From NCBI GenBank assembly GCA_963809525.1, contig CAWEJY010000010.1:90180-154179 (forward strand): a stretch of DNA of 64,000 nt, given 5' to 3'. The position numbers and the translations under genes are program-made. Below, piece by piece: positions 27,193-36,262 of the stretch. The DNA comes from an uncultured Solirubrobacteraceae bacterium. Its GTDB lineage: Bacteria; Actinomycetota; Thermoleophilia; Solirubrobacterales; Solirubrobacteraceae. Below the pieces are notes generated by a model. That model did not search any database. It saw only the letters and a program-made list of their open reading frames with translations, and was not told the DNA's origin. Position 1 is the first letter of the stretch. Each line of letters starts with the position of its first letter.

Positions 27193-28082
27193 GGCGGCGG
27201 CAGATCCTCCTCGCGGTCGCCGCAGCCGCCGTGCTGGCCGTCCCCGCGAAGGCGGCGATGGAGATGCCCGGCGCCGCGGGTGCGGGCGCCACGGTGTCGA
27301 TCGGCTTCGACGCCTACCAGCCGGCGCAGGTCGACGTGCTGGCCGGCGAGCGCGTCCAGTGGATGAACGACAGCGCACGCCAGCACACCGTCACCGCCGA
27401 GGACGGCGCGTACGACTCGGGACGGCTCGGTGCCGGCGCGTCGTTCGCGCACGTCTACGAGGCGCCCGGCGCCTACCGCTTCTACTGCAGGCTGCATCCG
27501 TCGATGCGCGGCGAGGTCGACGTCCAGCGCATCCTGCTCGACGCCCCCGGCGGGCCCGCGGGACCGGGGCGCGTGTATCCGTTGCGCGGCCACGCAGCGC
27601 TCCCCGCCGGCTCGTCGGTCTCGATCGAAGCGGACAGCGGCGCGGGCTACGCCCAGGTCGCGCAGGCGACCGTCGCCGACGACGGCACGTTCACCGCGGC
27701 CCTCGTGCCGCGCACGAGCGCGACCTACCGCGCCGTCGCCGGCGCCGACACCTCTCCGCCCGTCCAGCTGCTCGTGCTCGACCACACGGTGCACGTCACC
27801 GTGACCCGGGGTCTCAGGCGGGCCGTCGTGCGGGTCCACGTGACGCCGGCGGCGCCGGGCGCGACGGTCGTCCTGCAGCTGCGGCTGCGCGACCGCTTCG
27901 GCTGGTGGCCGCTGATCACGCGGCGGCTCGACGCGGCGTCACGCGCGCGGCTGGTCGTCGGCGCGCGGCGCGGCGTTCCGGCGCGCGTGCTGCTCACGCT
28001 GCCCGACGGGGCGACGGAGCTCGCGCGCAGCCCGACGCTGAGCGTGGCGCCGCGTCAGGCGCCGCCGCGCGCCCGTGCCTGA
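27189..28082 (+). CDS. Secreted cupredoxin-domain protein with C-terminal Ig-like region
   Basis: GTG 27189 overlaps the upstream stop (GTGA). Signal peptide present. Type-1 Cu ligands QHTVT...FYCRLHPSM. Confidence 0.75.
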   Translation: MRRRQILLAVAAAAVLAVPAKAAMEMPGAAGAGATVSIGFDAYQPAQVDVLAGERVQWMNDSARQHTVTAEDGAYDSGRLGAGASFAHVYEAPGAYRFYCRLHPSMRGEVDVQRILLDAPGGPAGPGRVYPLRGHAALPAGSSVSIEADSGAGYAQVAQATVADDGTFTAALVPRTSATYRAVAGADTSPPVQLLVLDHTVHVTVTRGLRRAVVRVHVTPAAPGATVVLQLRLRDRFGWWPLITRRLDAASRARLVVGARRGVPARVLLTLPDGATELARSPTLSVAPRQAPPRARA

Positions 28083-28735
28083 TCGCCCAGCAGCGCGCGC
28101 ACGCTCAGCGCGCCGTCGTGCTCGAGGTGCGTGGCCAGGGCGAGGAACGCCTGCGCGGTCGTCAGGGCGTCGCCCAGCGCGTGATGGGCACGCTCGACCG
28201 GGAGCCCCAGCTCGGTGGCCAGCGCCTCGAGCGACAGCCGCTCTGCGCGCGCGCCGGTGCGCTCGGCGATCCACGCGCGCGCGAGCAGCTGCGTGTCGAG
28301 CAGCTCCCCGCGCAGGCGCACGCCGCGGGTCCGCAGCACCGGGTCGAGGAAGGCCCGCTCCACGAACGCCGCGTGCGCGACGATCCGCCGGCCGGTCAGC
28401 GCCTCCAGCAGCTCGTCGACGACCTCCTCCATCGCCGGCGCGGCGTCGAGGTCCGCGGGCCGGATGCCGTGTATCTCGATCGACGCGTGGCTCGGCGGGC
28501 GCCGCGGGCGAACGATGCGGTAGAGCGCGTCGCCGGCGCGGATGCGGCCGCCGTCCACCGGCACGACGCCGAGCGCGATGATCTCGTCCTCGCGCGTGTC
28601 CAGACCGGTCAGCTCGAGGTCGATGACGGCCCAGCGCGCCTCGCGCCAGTCCGCGCCGAGCGGCGGCAGCGCGGCCCTGGCGAAGGCCGCGGCGGCCGGC
28701 GAGGCGGGGCGCCGCAGCCGCGCGAGCAGGCTCAC
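28055..28735 (-). CDS. DEDDh 3'-5' exonuclease (DNA polymerase III epsilon-like)
   Basis: ExoI VIDLELTG, ExoII HAAFVERAFL, ExoIII HHALGDAL. The GTG start overlaps the upstream stop (GTGA). Confidence 0.85.
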   Translation of the reverse strand: MSLLARLRRPASPAAAAFARAALPPLGADWREARWAVIDLELTGLDTREDEIIALGVVPVDGGRIRAGDALYRIVRPRRPPSHASIEIHGIRPADLDAAPAMEEVVDELLEALTGRRIVAHAAFVERAFLDPVLRTRGVRLRGELLDTQLLARAWIAERTGARAERLSLEALATELGLPVERAHHALGDALTTAQAFLALATHLEHDGALSVRALLGDQARARGGA

Positions 28736-30585
28736 GCGCCGGTCCCGAACGAGAGCTCGTTCGACACGTGCTTCTGCACGGTGGCGACGGCCCGGAACGC
28801 CTCACGCAGGTAGCGGCGGGTGAGCGGGTTCAGGGCGTCGGGACGGAGGTGGTCGTCAGGGGGTAGGCCGACGCGCAGGCGCTCGATCTGATGCTCCAGA
28901 CGCAGCCCCGCGACGAGATCCCAGGCCTCGCCGAGCGTCCGGGCATCGTCGGCGCTGAGGATGCCCGCCTGCGCGGCCCGGGCGATCCGCGCGCCGGTCG
29001 CGGGGTCGGTCGCCCCGGCCGTGATCCCTGCCCAGCGTGCGAGGTCGACGATCGGCAGGACGCCGCCGCGCTTGATGTCGAGCGCCCCGCGGTGCTCGCC
29101 GGAATGCTCGACGACGATGTCGCGCAGGAACCCGGTCGGCGGGCGGTGCGCGAGCGCGAGCCGCGCGAGCAGGCGCAGCAGCGCGCGGCGGCGCGCGTCC
29201 GGGGCCAGCCAGGTCGCCGCCGGCCGGCCGAGGCCCTCGCCCGCGACGACGCGCCCGTCGAAGAGGACGGACACCGCGATCAGCGCCTTCTCCTGCCCCG
29301 GGTCGTCGATCCACGCCTTCAGCTCGGCGCGCCATGCGTCGGCCGAGCGGGCGAACAGCGGGCGGTCGGCGCGCACGCCGTGGTCGTCGGGTGCCAGCCC
29401 GCAGCGCCCGAGCCCGCCGACGACGCGCGTCGCCAGCTCGCCCATCCAGCGGCGGTTCTGCGGGTCCGCGTCATCGCCGTGCCAGACGAGCCCGGTGTCG
29501 GCATCGGACGAGGGCACGGCTTCGCGGCGGCCCAGGCTGCCGAGCGCGAGCCAGGAGAACGGCACCGGCGGCGGGCCGAGCTCCGCGATCGCGAGCTCGA
29601 TCAGCCGGCGCGTGAGCGCGTCGATGACGATCGTCTGGATCGAGCTGATGCGCCCGGGCGCGATGCCGGCGTCGAACAGCGCGACGAGCATCGCCGGCAG
29701 CTCCGGGCTGGCGGCCGTCAGCGCCTCCGCAGAGGACGCATCGGCGATCGTGCGGCGCAGGTGGAACGGCGTGCGCCCTTCAGCCGCGAGCAGGTCCACG
29801 TCGTCGAGCACGCCGAGCACCCGGCCACCGGCGTCGACCACCGGCGCGTGCCGCACCCCGCGGTCGAGCATGTCGATGACCGCCTCGATGCCGAGCCGGT
29901 CCGGCGCGACGGTGAATGCGTCGGGCGTCATCACCCGCGCGACCGGCGCGTCGACCGGGACGGCGCCCGTCGCGACGTGGGTGCGCAGGTCGCGGTCGGT
30001 GACGATGCCCAGGCCGCCCCCGTTCAGCTCGACGATCACCGACGAGAGCCCCGCGTCGGTCATGCGCTGCGCGGCCTCGCGGATCGGCGTCTCGGGCGAG
30101 CACAGGACCGGCTCGGTGCGCAGGAAGCTGTCGACGCGGCGGTGAGCCGGGTCGCCCGCGAGGTCGTCGCCGTGCGCGCCGGGCGGCGGCTGCGGCCGCG
30201 AGAGAAGGGTCTGGGCCACGAAGCGCACGCCGGCCGGCATCGCGAGCACCGGCGCGGCGACTTCCGCGGGCAGGCGGTAACAGAGCGTGTCCTCCCGCGC
30301 GCGCGCCTCGAAGCCAGTCGGCAGGCCCGAGAGCATCGCGGGATGACCGAACATCTCGCCCGGGCCGAGCTCATCGAGCACGCGCTCGCGATCGACGAGC
30401 TCGACGGCGCCCGAGCGCACCACCCAGACGTGCGCCGGCGGCGCCGCGCCCTGGGCGAAGACGACGCTCCCCGCGGGATGGAACTCGATCTCGACCGAGC
30501 GCCCGACGGTCTCCAGCGCATCGGGCGCGAGCGCGTCGAACGGTGCGTACCGCCCGAGGAAGTCGGCGACGTCGTGGACGCTCAC
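28732..30585 (-). CDS. Signal-transduction protein: cNMP-binding domain + CBS pair + DUF294 nucleotidyltransferase + DUF294_C
   Basis: N-terminal cNMP-binding beta-barrel (GEMFGHPAML). Two CBS modules. NTase motif LALGSLGRREAVPSSDADTGLVW. Confidence 0.8.
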   Translation of the reverse strand: MSVHDVADFLGRYAPFDALAPDALETVGRSVEIEFHPAGSVVFAQGAAPPAHVWVVRSGAVELVDRERVLDELGPGEMFGHPAMLSGLPTGFEARAREDTLCYRLPAEVAAPVLAMPAGVRFVAQTLLSRPQPPPGAHGDDLAGDPAHRRVDSFLRTEPVLCSPETPIREAAQRMTDAGLSSVIVELNGGGLGIVTDRDLRTHVATGAVPVDAPVARVMTPDAFTVAPDRLGIEAVIDMLDRGVRHAPVVDAGGRVLGVLDDVDLLAAEGRTPFHLRRTIADASSAEALTAASPELPAMLVALFDAGIAPGRISSIQTIVIDALTRRLIELAIAELGPPPVPFSWLALGSLGRREAVPSSDADTGLVWHGDDADPQNRRWMGELATRVVGGLGRCGLAPDDHGVRADRPLFARSADAWRAELKAWIDDPGQEKALIAVSVLFDGRVVAGEGLGRPAATWLAPDARRRALLRLLARLALAHRPPTGFLRDIVVEHSGEHRGALDIKRGGVLPIVDLARWAGITAGATDPATGARIARAAQAGILSADDARTLGEAWDLVAGLRLEHQIERLRVGLPPDDHLRPDALNPLTRRYLREAFRAVATVQKHVSNELSFGTGA

Positions 30586-30658
30586 GGCGTCAGCGTCGCA
30601 GACCGCCGCGCCGCCCGCACCGGCGCGCGGACGGGTATCGCGCCGCTACCCTCGCTCG

Positions 30659-31663
30659 GTGCCCAAGCATCTTCTCCAGCTCGCCCGCATCCCCGCCGCC
30701 GCCATCGCCCTGCTCGCGTTCGCCGCGACGCCGGCGCTCGGCGCGGCCACCAATCCATGGCGCCACACGCGCCCGCTGAACATCGCCCATCAGGGCGGTG
30801 AGGACGAGTTCCCGTCGAACACGATGTACGCGTTCAAGCGCGCGCTCGCGGGCGGCGCCGACATGCTCGAGCTGGACGTCGGCGTGACGAAGGACGGGCA
30901 GGTCGTCGTGCGCCACGACACGACGCTCGACCGCACCACGAACGGCACCGGGACGATCGCCTCGCACACGCTCGCGCAGATCCGCAAGCTCGACGCGGCC
31001 TACTGGTTCTCGCCGACGGCGAACCACTACAGCCACGACAAGCCCGCCTCGGCCTACCCGTTCCGCGGGATCGCGACCGGCAGGCGGCGCCCGCCGAAGG
31101 GCTTCACCGCCGACGACTTCAAGGTCGCCACGCTGGCCCAGGTGCTGCGCACCTTCGCGCACACGCCGACGAACGTCGAGATCAAGGGCCGCACGCCCGC
31201 CGAGGACATCTCGGAGTACCTGACCAACGCGCGCGCGCTCGCCCGCGAGCTCAAGGGCCTGAAGCGGCGCGACGTCATCGTCGTCTCCTTCAAGCAGCCG
31301 GCGGTCGACCTCTTCCACCAGCTCGTCCCCCAGCTCCCGGTCGCGCCGGGGATCGACGGCTCGGCGGACTTCCTGCTCGGGAACAAGTCCCCCGGCGACG
31401 GGGTCGCCGCCTTCCAGCTGCCGATCACGTACATGTTCGGCGGGAGCCTGCTGACGGTCACGACGAAGGACAACATCGCGCGTGCGCACAAGGCCGGATA
31501 CGCCTGGCAGAACTGGTTCGGAGACACCGACCCGGACACCCCGGCGACGTGGCGCAACCTGATCTCCTGGTGCGTGGACGGCGTGATGACCTCCCGGCCG
31601 CTGGCCTTCGAGAAGTTCCTGCGGGCGACGCCGTCGCCGAAGGCCTGCGCGCAGCGACCCTAA
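30659..31663 (+). CDS. Secreted glycerophosphodiester phosphodiesterase
   Basis: GTG start, signal peptide, and the GDPD motif IAHQGGEDEFPSNTMYAFKRAL...LELDVGVTKDGQVVVRHD. Confidence 0.85.
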   Translation: MPKHLLQLARIPAAAIALLAFAATPALGAATNPWRHTRPLNIAHQGGEDEFPSNTMYAFKRALAGGADMLELDVGVTKDGQVVVRHDTTLDRTTNGTGTIASHTLAQIRKLDAAYWFSPTANHYSHDKPASAYPFRGIATGRRRPPKGFTADDFKVATLAQVLRTFAHTPTNVEIKGRTPAEDISEYLTNARALARELKGLKRRDVIVVSFKQPAVDLFHQLVPQLPVAPGIDGSADFLLGNKSPGDGVAAFQLPITYMFGGSLLTVTTKDNIARAHKAGYAWQNWFGDTDPDTPATWRNLISWCVDGVMTSRPLAFEKFLRATPSPKACAQRP

Positions 31664-32412
31664 CCGCCGCCGGTCGCCAGCGACGGGCCGCCGAGGCCCA
31701 GGCCGCCGTCGATGCGCAGCACCTGCCCGTGCACGTAGCCCGCGGCGGGTGAGAGCAGGAACGCGATCGTCGCGGCGACCTCGGCGGGCTCGCCGACACG
31801 CCCCAGGGGCACCTGACCCAGCAGCCCGTTCAGCACGGCCGCGGGCAGCGCGCGCACCTTCGGCGTGCCGATCATCCCCGGCATGACGACGTTCACGCGC
31901 ACCCCATGGGGGCCCCACTCGGCGGCGAGCGTGCGCGCCATCCCGGCGATCCCGGCCTTCGCGGCGGTGTACGCGACCTGACCCGGCAGGCCGGTCTCCG
32001 CCGAGGCGGAGGACACGAAGACGATGGCGGGCCGGCCGCCGGCCCGGGCCGACTCGAGCAGCGCCGGCCAGGCCGCCTGCGCGACCAGGAACTGACCTGT
32101 CAGGTTGGCGTCCAGGTCCGAGCGCCAGTCCGCCTCCGAGAAGCGGTCGGCGCGATGGATCGTGTCCACGACGCCCGCATTGGCGACGAGCGCGTCGAGG
32201 CCGCCGAGCGCGGCCGTGACCCGCGTGACGCCGGCGCGCACCTCCTCCGCGTCGCGCACGTCGAAGACCGCGCTCAGCTCCGCCCCATCGGGCAGGCCGT
32301 GCTCGAGCGCCGCCGGCAGGTCACAGGCGCCGACCCGCGCGCCCGCGGCCGCGAGCTCGGCGACGACGGCGCGGCCGATGCCGCCGGCGGCACCCGTCAC
32401 CAGGGCTCTCAC
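31660..32412 (-). CDS. SDR family oxidoreductase
   Basis: GTG 32412 (VRALVTGAAGGIG). YTAAK catalytic motif. Start overlaps the upstream stop. Confidence 0.85.
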   Translation of the reverse strand: MRALVTGAAGGIGRAVVAELAAAGARVGACDLPAALEHGLPDGAELSAVFDVRDAEEVRAGVTRVTAALGGLDALVANAGVVDTIHRADRFSEADWRSDLDANLTGQFLVAQAAWPALLESARAGGRPAIVFVSSASAETGLPGQVAYTAAKAGIAGMARTLAAEWGPHGVRVNVVMPGMIGTPKVRALPAAVLNGLLGQVPLGRVGEPAEVAATIAFLLSPAAGYVHGQVLRIDGGLGLGGPSLATGGG

Positions 32413-33113
32413 GCAGGCTTCTCCAGCCCGTAGCGCTCCCAGTGCTCGGCGGGGATGGCCGCCGGATCCTTGTACCAGTGCCAGACGCACGGGTCGTGGT
32501 CGAAGTCCCCGGGCGGATGGCTCGGGTAGATCGGGAAGCCGAGCCACTTGATCGGGAGCGACTCGTTCATGAAGGCGCAGTGCGTGCAGTAGACGGGGAA
32601 CTCGCGCCGGCCGTAGGTCCAGTCGTGCGGCTCGGCCGTCAGCGCATAGCCGTCAGGCCGCGCATAATGTCCGTTGCGCCAGAGGCGCTGACCGGAACCG
32701 CACGGGTTCATGCTGAAGGTGATCTTCTCGTCATCCTCGGAGATCGTGAAGGCGCCGGGGTTGCGCCCGACACCCGAGGTGGAGTGGGCGCGCCAGGTCG
32801 TCGCCAGCAGGTAGACGAGCTCGCGCCGGTCCACCTCGGCGATGCGCTCCACCTGGCGGCGCCAGTCGCGCTCCATCGACTCCTCGTGCGCCTCGCCGAT
32901 CGCGTCCTCGCCGAGGCGGTCGCGGATGAACGTCAGCAGCCCGGCGACCGATCCGGCATAGAGGTCGTGGAGCATCAGCCACTCGCTCTTCATCGCCTCG
33001 CACAGGGCGCGCGCGCCCGCGAGATCGCCGGCGTCGAGTGCCTCGATCGCGCGATCCATCGTGGGCCGCGAGAGTTCCCGCAGCTCCTCGTCGGCGAACC
33101 AGCGCTCGGCCAT
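32409..33113 (-). CDS. Hypothetical Cys-containing protein of unknown family
   Basis: Start set at ATG 33113 (MAERWFADEEL). Strong GC3. Conspicuous motifs NPCGSGQ, YCTHCAF, DPCVWHW. Translationally coupled to the SDR gene. Confidence 0.55.
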   Translation of the reverse strand: MAERWFADEELRELSRPTMDRAIEALDAGDLAGARALCEAMKSEWLMLHDLYAGSVAGLLTFIRDRLGEDAIGEAHEESMERDWRRQVERIAEVDRRELVYLLATTWRAHSTSGVGRNPGAFTISEDDEKITFSMNPCGSGQRLWRNGHYARPDGYALTAEPHDWTYGRREFPVYCTHCAFMNESLPIKWLGFPIYPSHPPGDFDHDPCVWHWYKDPAAIPAEHWERYGLEKPA

Positions 33114-33145
33114 GGGCCGCACGCTCGCACGCTCGATCGGCGCGG

Positions 33146-35080
33146 TCAACCGGCCGTGCGCGCCGCGCCGCGGTCGGCGAGCCAGCGCTCGAACTCGTCG
33201 GCCGGCAGCGGCCGGCTCAGGCCGAAGCCCTGTGCGACGTCGCACTGCAGCAGCGCGAGGCCCGCCAGGGCGGCCTCGTTCTCGACGCCCTCGGCCACGA
33301 CCTGAAGCCCGAGGCCCCTGCCGAGGTCGATCGTGGCACGCACGATCGCGGCATCACTCGCGTCGTCGGCCATCCCCATCACGAAGGAGCGGTCGATCTT
33401 GATCTCGTCGAGCGGCAGGCGCCCGAGGTAGGACAGCGACGACTGGCCCTGCCCGAAATCGTCGAGCGAGAGCCGCACGCCCATCTCGCGGAGGTGACCG
33501 AGCGACTCGACTGCGCGGAGCGGGTCGGCCAGGACGGTGTGCTCGGAGATCTCGCACTCCAGGCGGTCACCGGGTACGCCGGCGCGCGCCAGCGCGTCCG
33601 CGACGGCCTCGGCGAGGCCCGCATCGAGCACATCGGCGCCGGAGAGGTTGACGGCGACCGGCAGGTCGATGCCGCTGTCGATCCAGATGCGGCACTGGCG
33701 CAGCGCGGCGTCGAGCACCCAGCGCGTGAGGGCGCCGATCACCCCGGTGCGTTCGGCCAGCGGTACGAAGTCGATCGGCGGGATCGTGCCGCGCTGCGGG
33801 TGCTCCCAGCGCACGAGCGCCTCGACGCCGATGACGGCTCCGCACTCGATCGCGACCTTCGGCTGGAAGTGCAGGACGAGCTCGTCGTGCTCGATCGCGC
33901 GGCGCAGCTCGGACACGAGCGCCAGGCGCTCCGGGGAGTAGGGGTCGCGCGCGGGGTCGTACGTCTCGATGTGCGCGCGGCCGCGCTTGGCCTCGTACAT
34001 CGCTACGTCGGCGCGCTGCAGGAGGGTGCTGAGGTCGCGACCGTGCTCGGGATACAGCGCCACGCCGATGCTGGCGCCCAGCTCGATGCCGACGCCGCAC
34101 AGGTCGAACGGGCGCGCGAGCGCCGTGCTGATGCGGTCGGCGAGCTCAGCGGTCGCGCCGCGGTGGGGCAGGTCGCGCACGAGGATCGCGAACTCGTCGC
34201 CGCCCAGGCGCGCGAGGACGTCGGTCGGGCGCAGGACACCGCGCAGCCGGGCGGCGACCTCGCGCAGCAGCATGTCCCCCTGATCGTGCCCGAGCGTGTC
34301 GTTGACCTCCTTGAAGCGGTCGAGGTCGATGAGCACGAGCGCCGACAGCCGCCCCGTGCGATCGGCGATCGCGAGCGCCTTGCGCCCGTCGTCCTGCAAC
34401 TGGGCGCGGTTGGGCAGGCCGGTGAGGTGATCCTCGCGCGCCTGGCGGCGCAGGCGCCGCGAGGCGCTGGCGACGATCCGGAACAGACTGGCCCACAGCA
34501 GCAGCAGCCCGATCGTCAGCAGCACGATCAGCGTGCGCGTGTCCGTGGCGATGTCCCCCGCGACCGGGGCGTAGGGCAGATAGAGCTCGAATGCTGCATT
34601 GGGGCGCGGTGCCCCGCCGATCCGCAGCGGCACGTACGCGGACAGCGTCCGCGCGCCGTGCCCGTCGTCACTGGTGCCCCGGCCGGTCTCGGCCTTGACC
34701 GTGCCCGAGCGCACGATCGGCACGATCTCGTCGTTGCGGACGCCGAGCTGACCCCGGTCGTCGGAGTACACGACCTGACCCGCGGCGTTGTAGACCTTGG
34801 CGCGCAGGACGCCGCTGGTGGCGAGCGGGCGCCCGAGCGTGGCGTCCAGCTCGTCGGCGCGCACGGCGTCCACCGGGCTCCGCAGGTCCGCGGGCCTGAG
34901 CGCCGACTGGGCGCCGCTGCGGGCCACCGCGACCGCCAGGCGCCGCGCGTCGGCCACCGCCCGGTGCTCGATGCGCGCGTGCAGCGCGAACCCGACGACC
35001 AGCCCGAGCAGCGCGACGCCGAGCAGGCTGAGGACGCTGAACCGGCCGAGCAGCGGGAATCGCGCGATCCGGCGACGCAT
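33146..35080 (-). CDS. Membrane-anchored GGDEF/EAL protein (diguanylate cyclase/phosphodiesterase)
   Basis: Start set at ATG 35080. Two TM segments flank a putative periplasmic region. GGDEF motif intact (RLGGDEFAI); EAL motif intact (GVEALVRW). Confidence 0.9.
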   Translation of the reverse strand: MRRRIARFPLLGRFSVLSLLGVALLGLVVGFALHARIEHRAVADARRLAVAVARSGAQSALRPADLRSPVDAVRADELDATLGRPLATSGVLRAKVYNAAGQVVYSDDRGQLGVRNDEIVPIVRSGTVKAETGRGTSDDGHGARTLSAYVPLRIGGAPRPNAAFELYLPYAPVAGDIATDTRTLIVLLTIGLLLLWASLFRIVASASRRLRRQAREDHLTGLPNRAQLQDDGRKALAIADRTGRLSALVLIDLDRFKEVNDTLGHDQGDMLLREVAARLRGVLRPTDVLARLGGDEFAILVRDLPHRGATAELADRISTALARPFDLCGVGIELGASIGVALYPEHGRDLSTLLQRADVAMYEAKRGRAHIETYDPARDPYSPERLALVSELRRAIEHDELVLHFQPKVAIECGAVIGVEALVRWEHPQRGTIPPIDFVPLAERTGVIGALTRWVLDAALRQCRIWIDSGIDLPVAVNLSGADVLDAGLAEAVADALARAGVPGDRLECEISEHTVLADPLRAVESLGHLREMGVRLSLDDFGQGQSSLSYLGRLPLDEIKIDRSFVMGMADDASDAAIVRATIDLGRGLGLQVVAEGVENEAALAGLALLQCDVAQGFGLSRPLPADEFERWLADRGAARTAG

Positions 35081-35190
35081 ACCGGGGGTTTCGGCGCGCA
35101 GCTGCTCCGGCTTGAGCCGTGCCGGGCCGGGCCCAGGGGCGGTCGGGGCGCCGGCAGCCGGCGCCCCCACCTAGCTAGGTCGCCGGGCGT

Positions 35191-36174
35191 CTACCGCGTC
35201 CGGATGCGGATCGCGCTGCCGGCGTTCGAGACCTGCTGCCCGTCGGCGACACCGACGAACACGCGGTAGGTCCCGCCGCGCCGGATGTGCACGCGCTTGC
35301 TGTAGCGCGTGAACGTCGTCCCGCCGCCATGCGCCACGCCGCCGGCGACCGTCACCCAGGCGCCCGCGGAGTTCTGCTTCTGCACGGCGAACAGCGCGCC
35401 GACCTTGGCGGGCCGGATCGTGCCGGAGAACCTGATGTGACCGCCGCGGCGCACGCGGTGCGAGCTGACGCGCGTCGTCAGGCGGACGGCGACGCCGAGC
35501 GTGACGACCTCGCTGAGCACGGGCTTGGACCCCGTCGTCGCGACGCGGTACTGCGTGTTCGTCGTGACGCCGAGCAGCGGGAATGCGAAGGCGCCACTGC
35601 TGCCCGTGACCTGCGGGTTCCCGACCGTCTGGAAGTCCGTGAGGTAGGGGAACACCTTCTGCTGCAGCACGACCTGGCGGCCTGCGTTGCCGGTCCCGGA
35701 CAGCACGCCCTGCAGCGTGACGGGCGCACCGTAGGGCACCGGGTTGGGCGTGGCACCGAGCGAGAAGCCCAGCGGCTGGTTGTGCGTCTTGAACGAGCGA
35801 TCGCCACCGGTGGTGGTCCCGTCGGCGTTGCGCGCGATCAGCCGGTAGTGGTAGGTCGTCGCCGGCGAGAGGCCGATCACGTCGGCGGCGGCGCCGACGT
35901 TGCTCGTTCCCGCGCCCGCGCTGATCTCCGGCGTCTGCGCGCCGTAGGCGGCCGTCGTGCCGTACTGGAAGAAGTAGACCGTGGCCTTCCCCTTCGCGTT
36001 GATCGTGCCGGTCAGGGTCGCCGACTGCGGGCTGATCTTCGTCGCGCCACCGGTGGACAGCGACGGCGCGGCGGCGACGGCGCTGCTCACAGCGACGGCG
36101 AAGACGAGAGCCGTCGCGGCGAGGAGCGCGACGGCGTGATTGATGGTGCGCATGGGGCGCAGCGTTGCGTGCAT
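35191..36174 (-). CDS. Secreted protein with Fn3-like and Ig-like domains
   Basis: A ggaagg RBS precedes ATG 36174. Signal peptide present. The segment SATLTGTINAKGKATVYFFQYGTTAAYGAQT is typical of Fn3-like repeats. Confidence 0.6.
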   Translation of the reverse strand: MHATLRPMRTINHAVALLAATALVFAVAVSSAVAAAPSLSTGGATKISPQSATLTGTINAKGKATVYFFQYGTTAAYGAQTPEISAGAGTSNVGAAADVIGLSPATTYHYRLIARNADGTTTGGDRSFKTHNQPLGFSLGATPNPVPYGAPVTLQGVLSGTGNAGRQVVLQQKVFPYLTDFQTVGNPQVTGSSGAFAFPLLGVTTNTQYRVATTGSKPVLSEVVTLGVAVRLTTRVSSHRVRRGGHIRFSGTIRPAKVGALFAVQKQNSAGAWVTVAGGVAHGGGTTFTRYSKRVHIRRGGTYRVFVGVADGQQVSNAGSAIRIRTR

Positions 36175-36262
36175 TGTGCCTTCCGTTCCCAGGGGGTCAT
36201 CGGTTCGAACCCGTCGCGCGGGCGAGAGTTGCGCGCGCGACGTGCGACGCTACGCCAGGGTC

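Noticed and set aside
24023-28082. Convergent gene-end overlaps: CE4/AlkZ 32 nt at 24023-24054, cupredoxin/exonuclease 28 nt at 28055-28082, and also lhr/vapC 11 nt at 63007-63017. These were considered as a special antisense regulatory design.
   Set aside because: Short convergent overlaps are common in compact high-GC genomes and depend on stop positions only. Without transcript data there is no basis for a regulatory claim.
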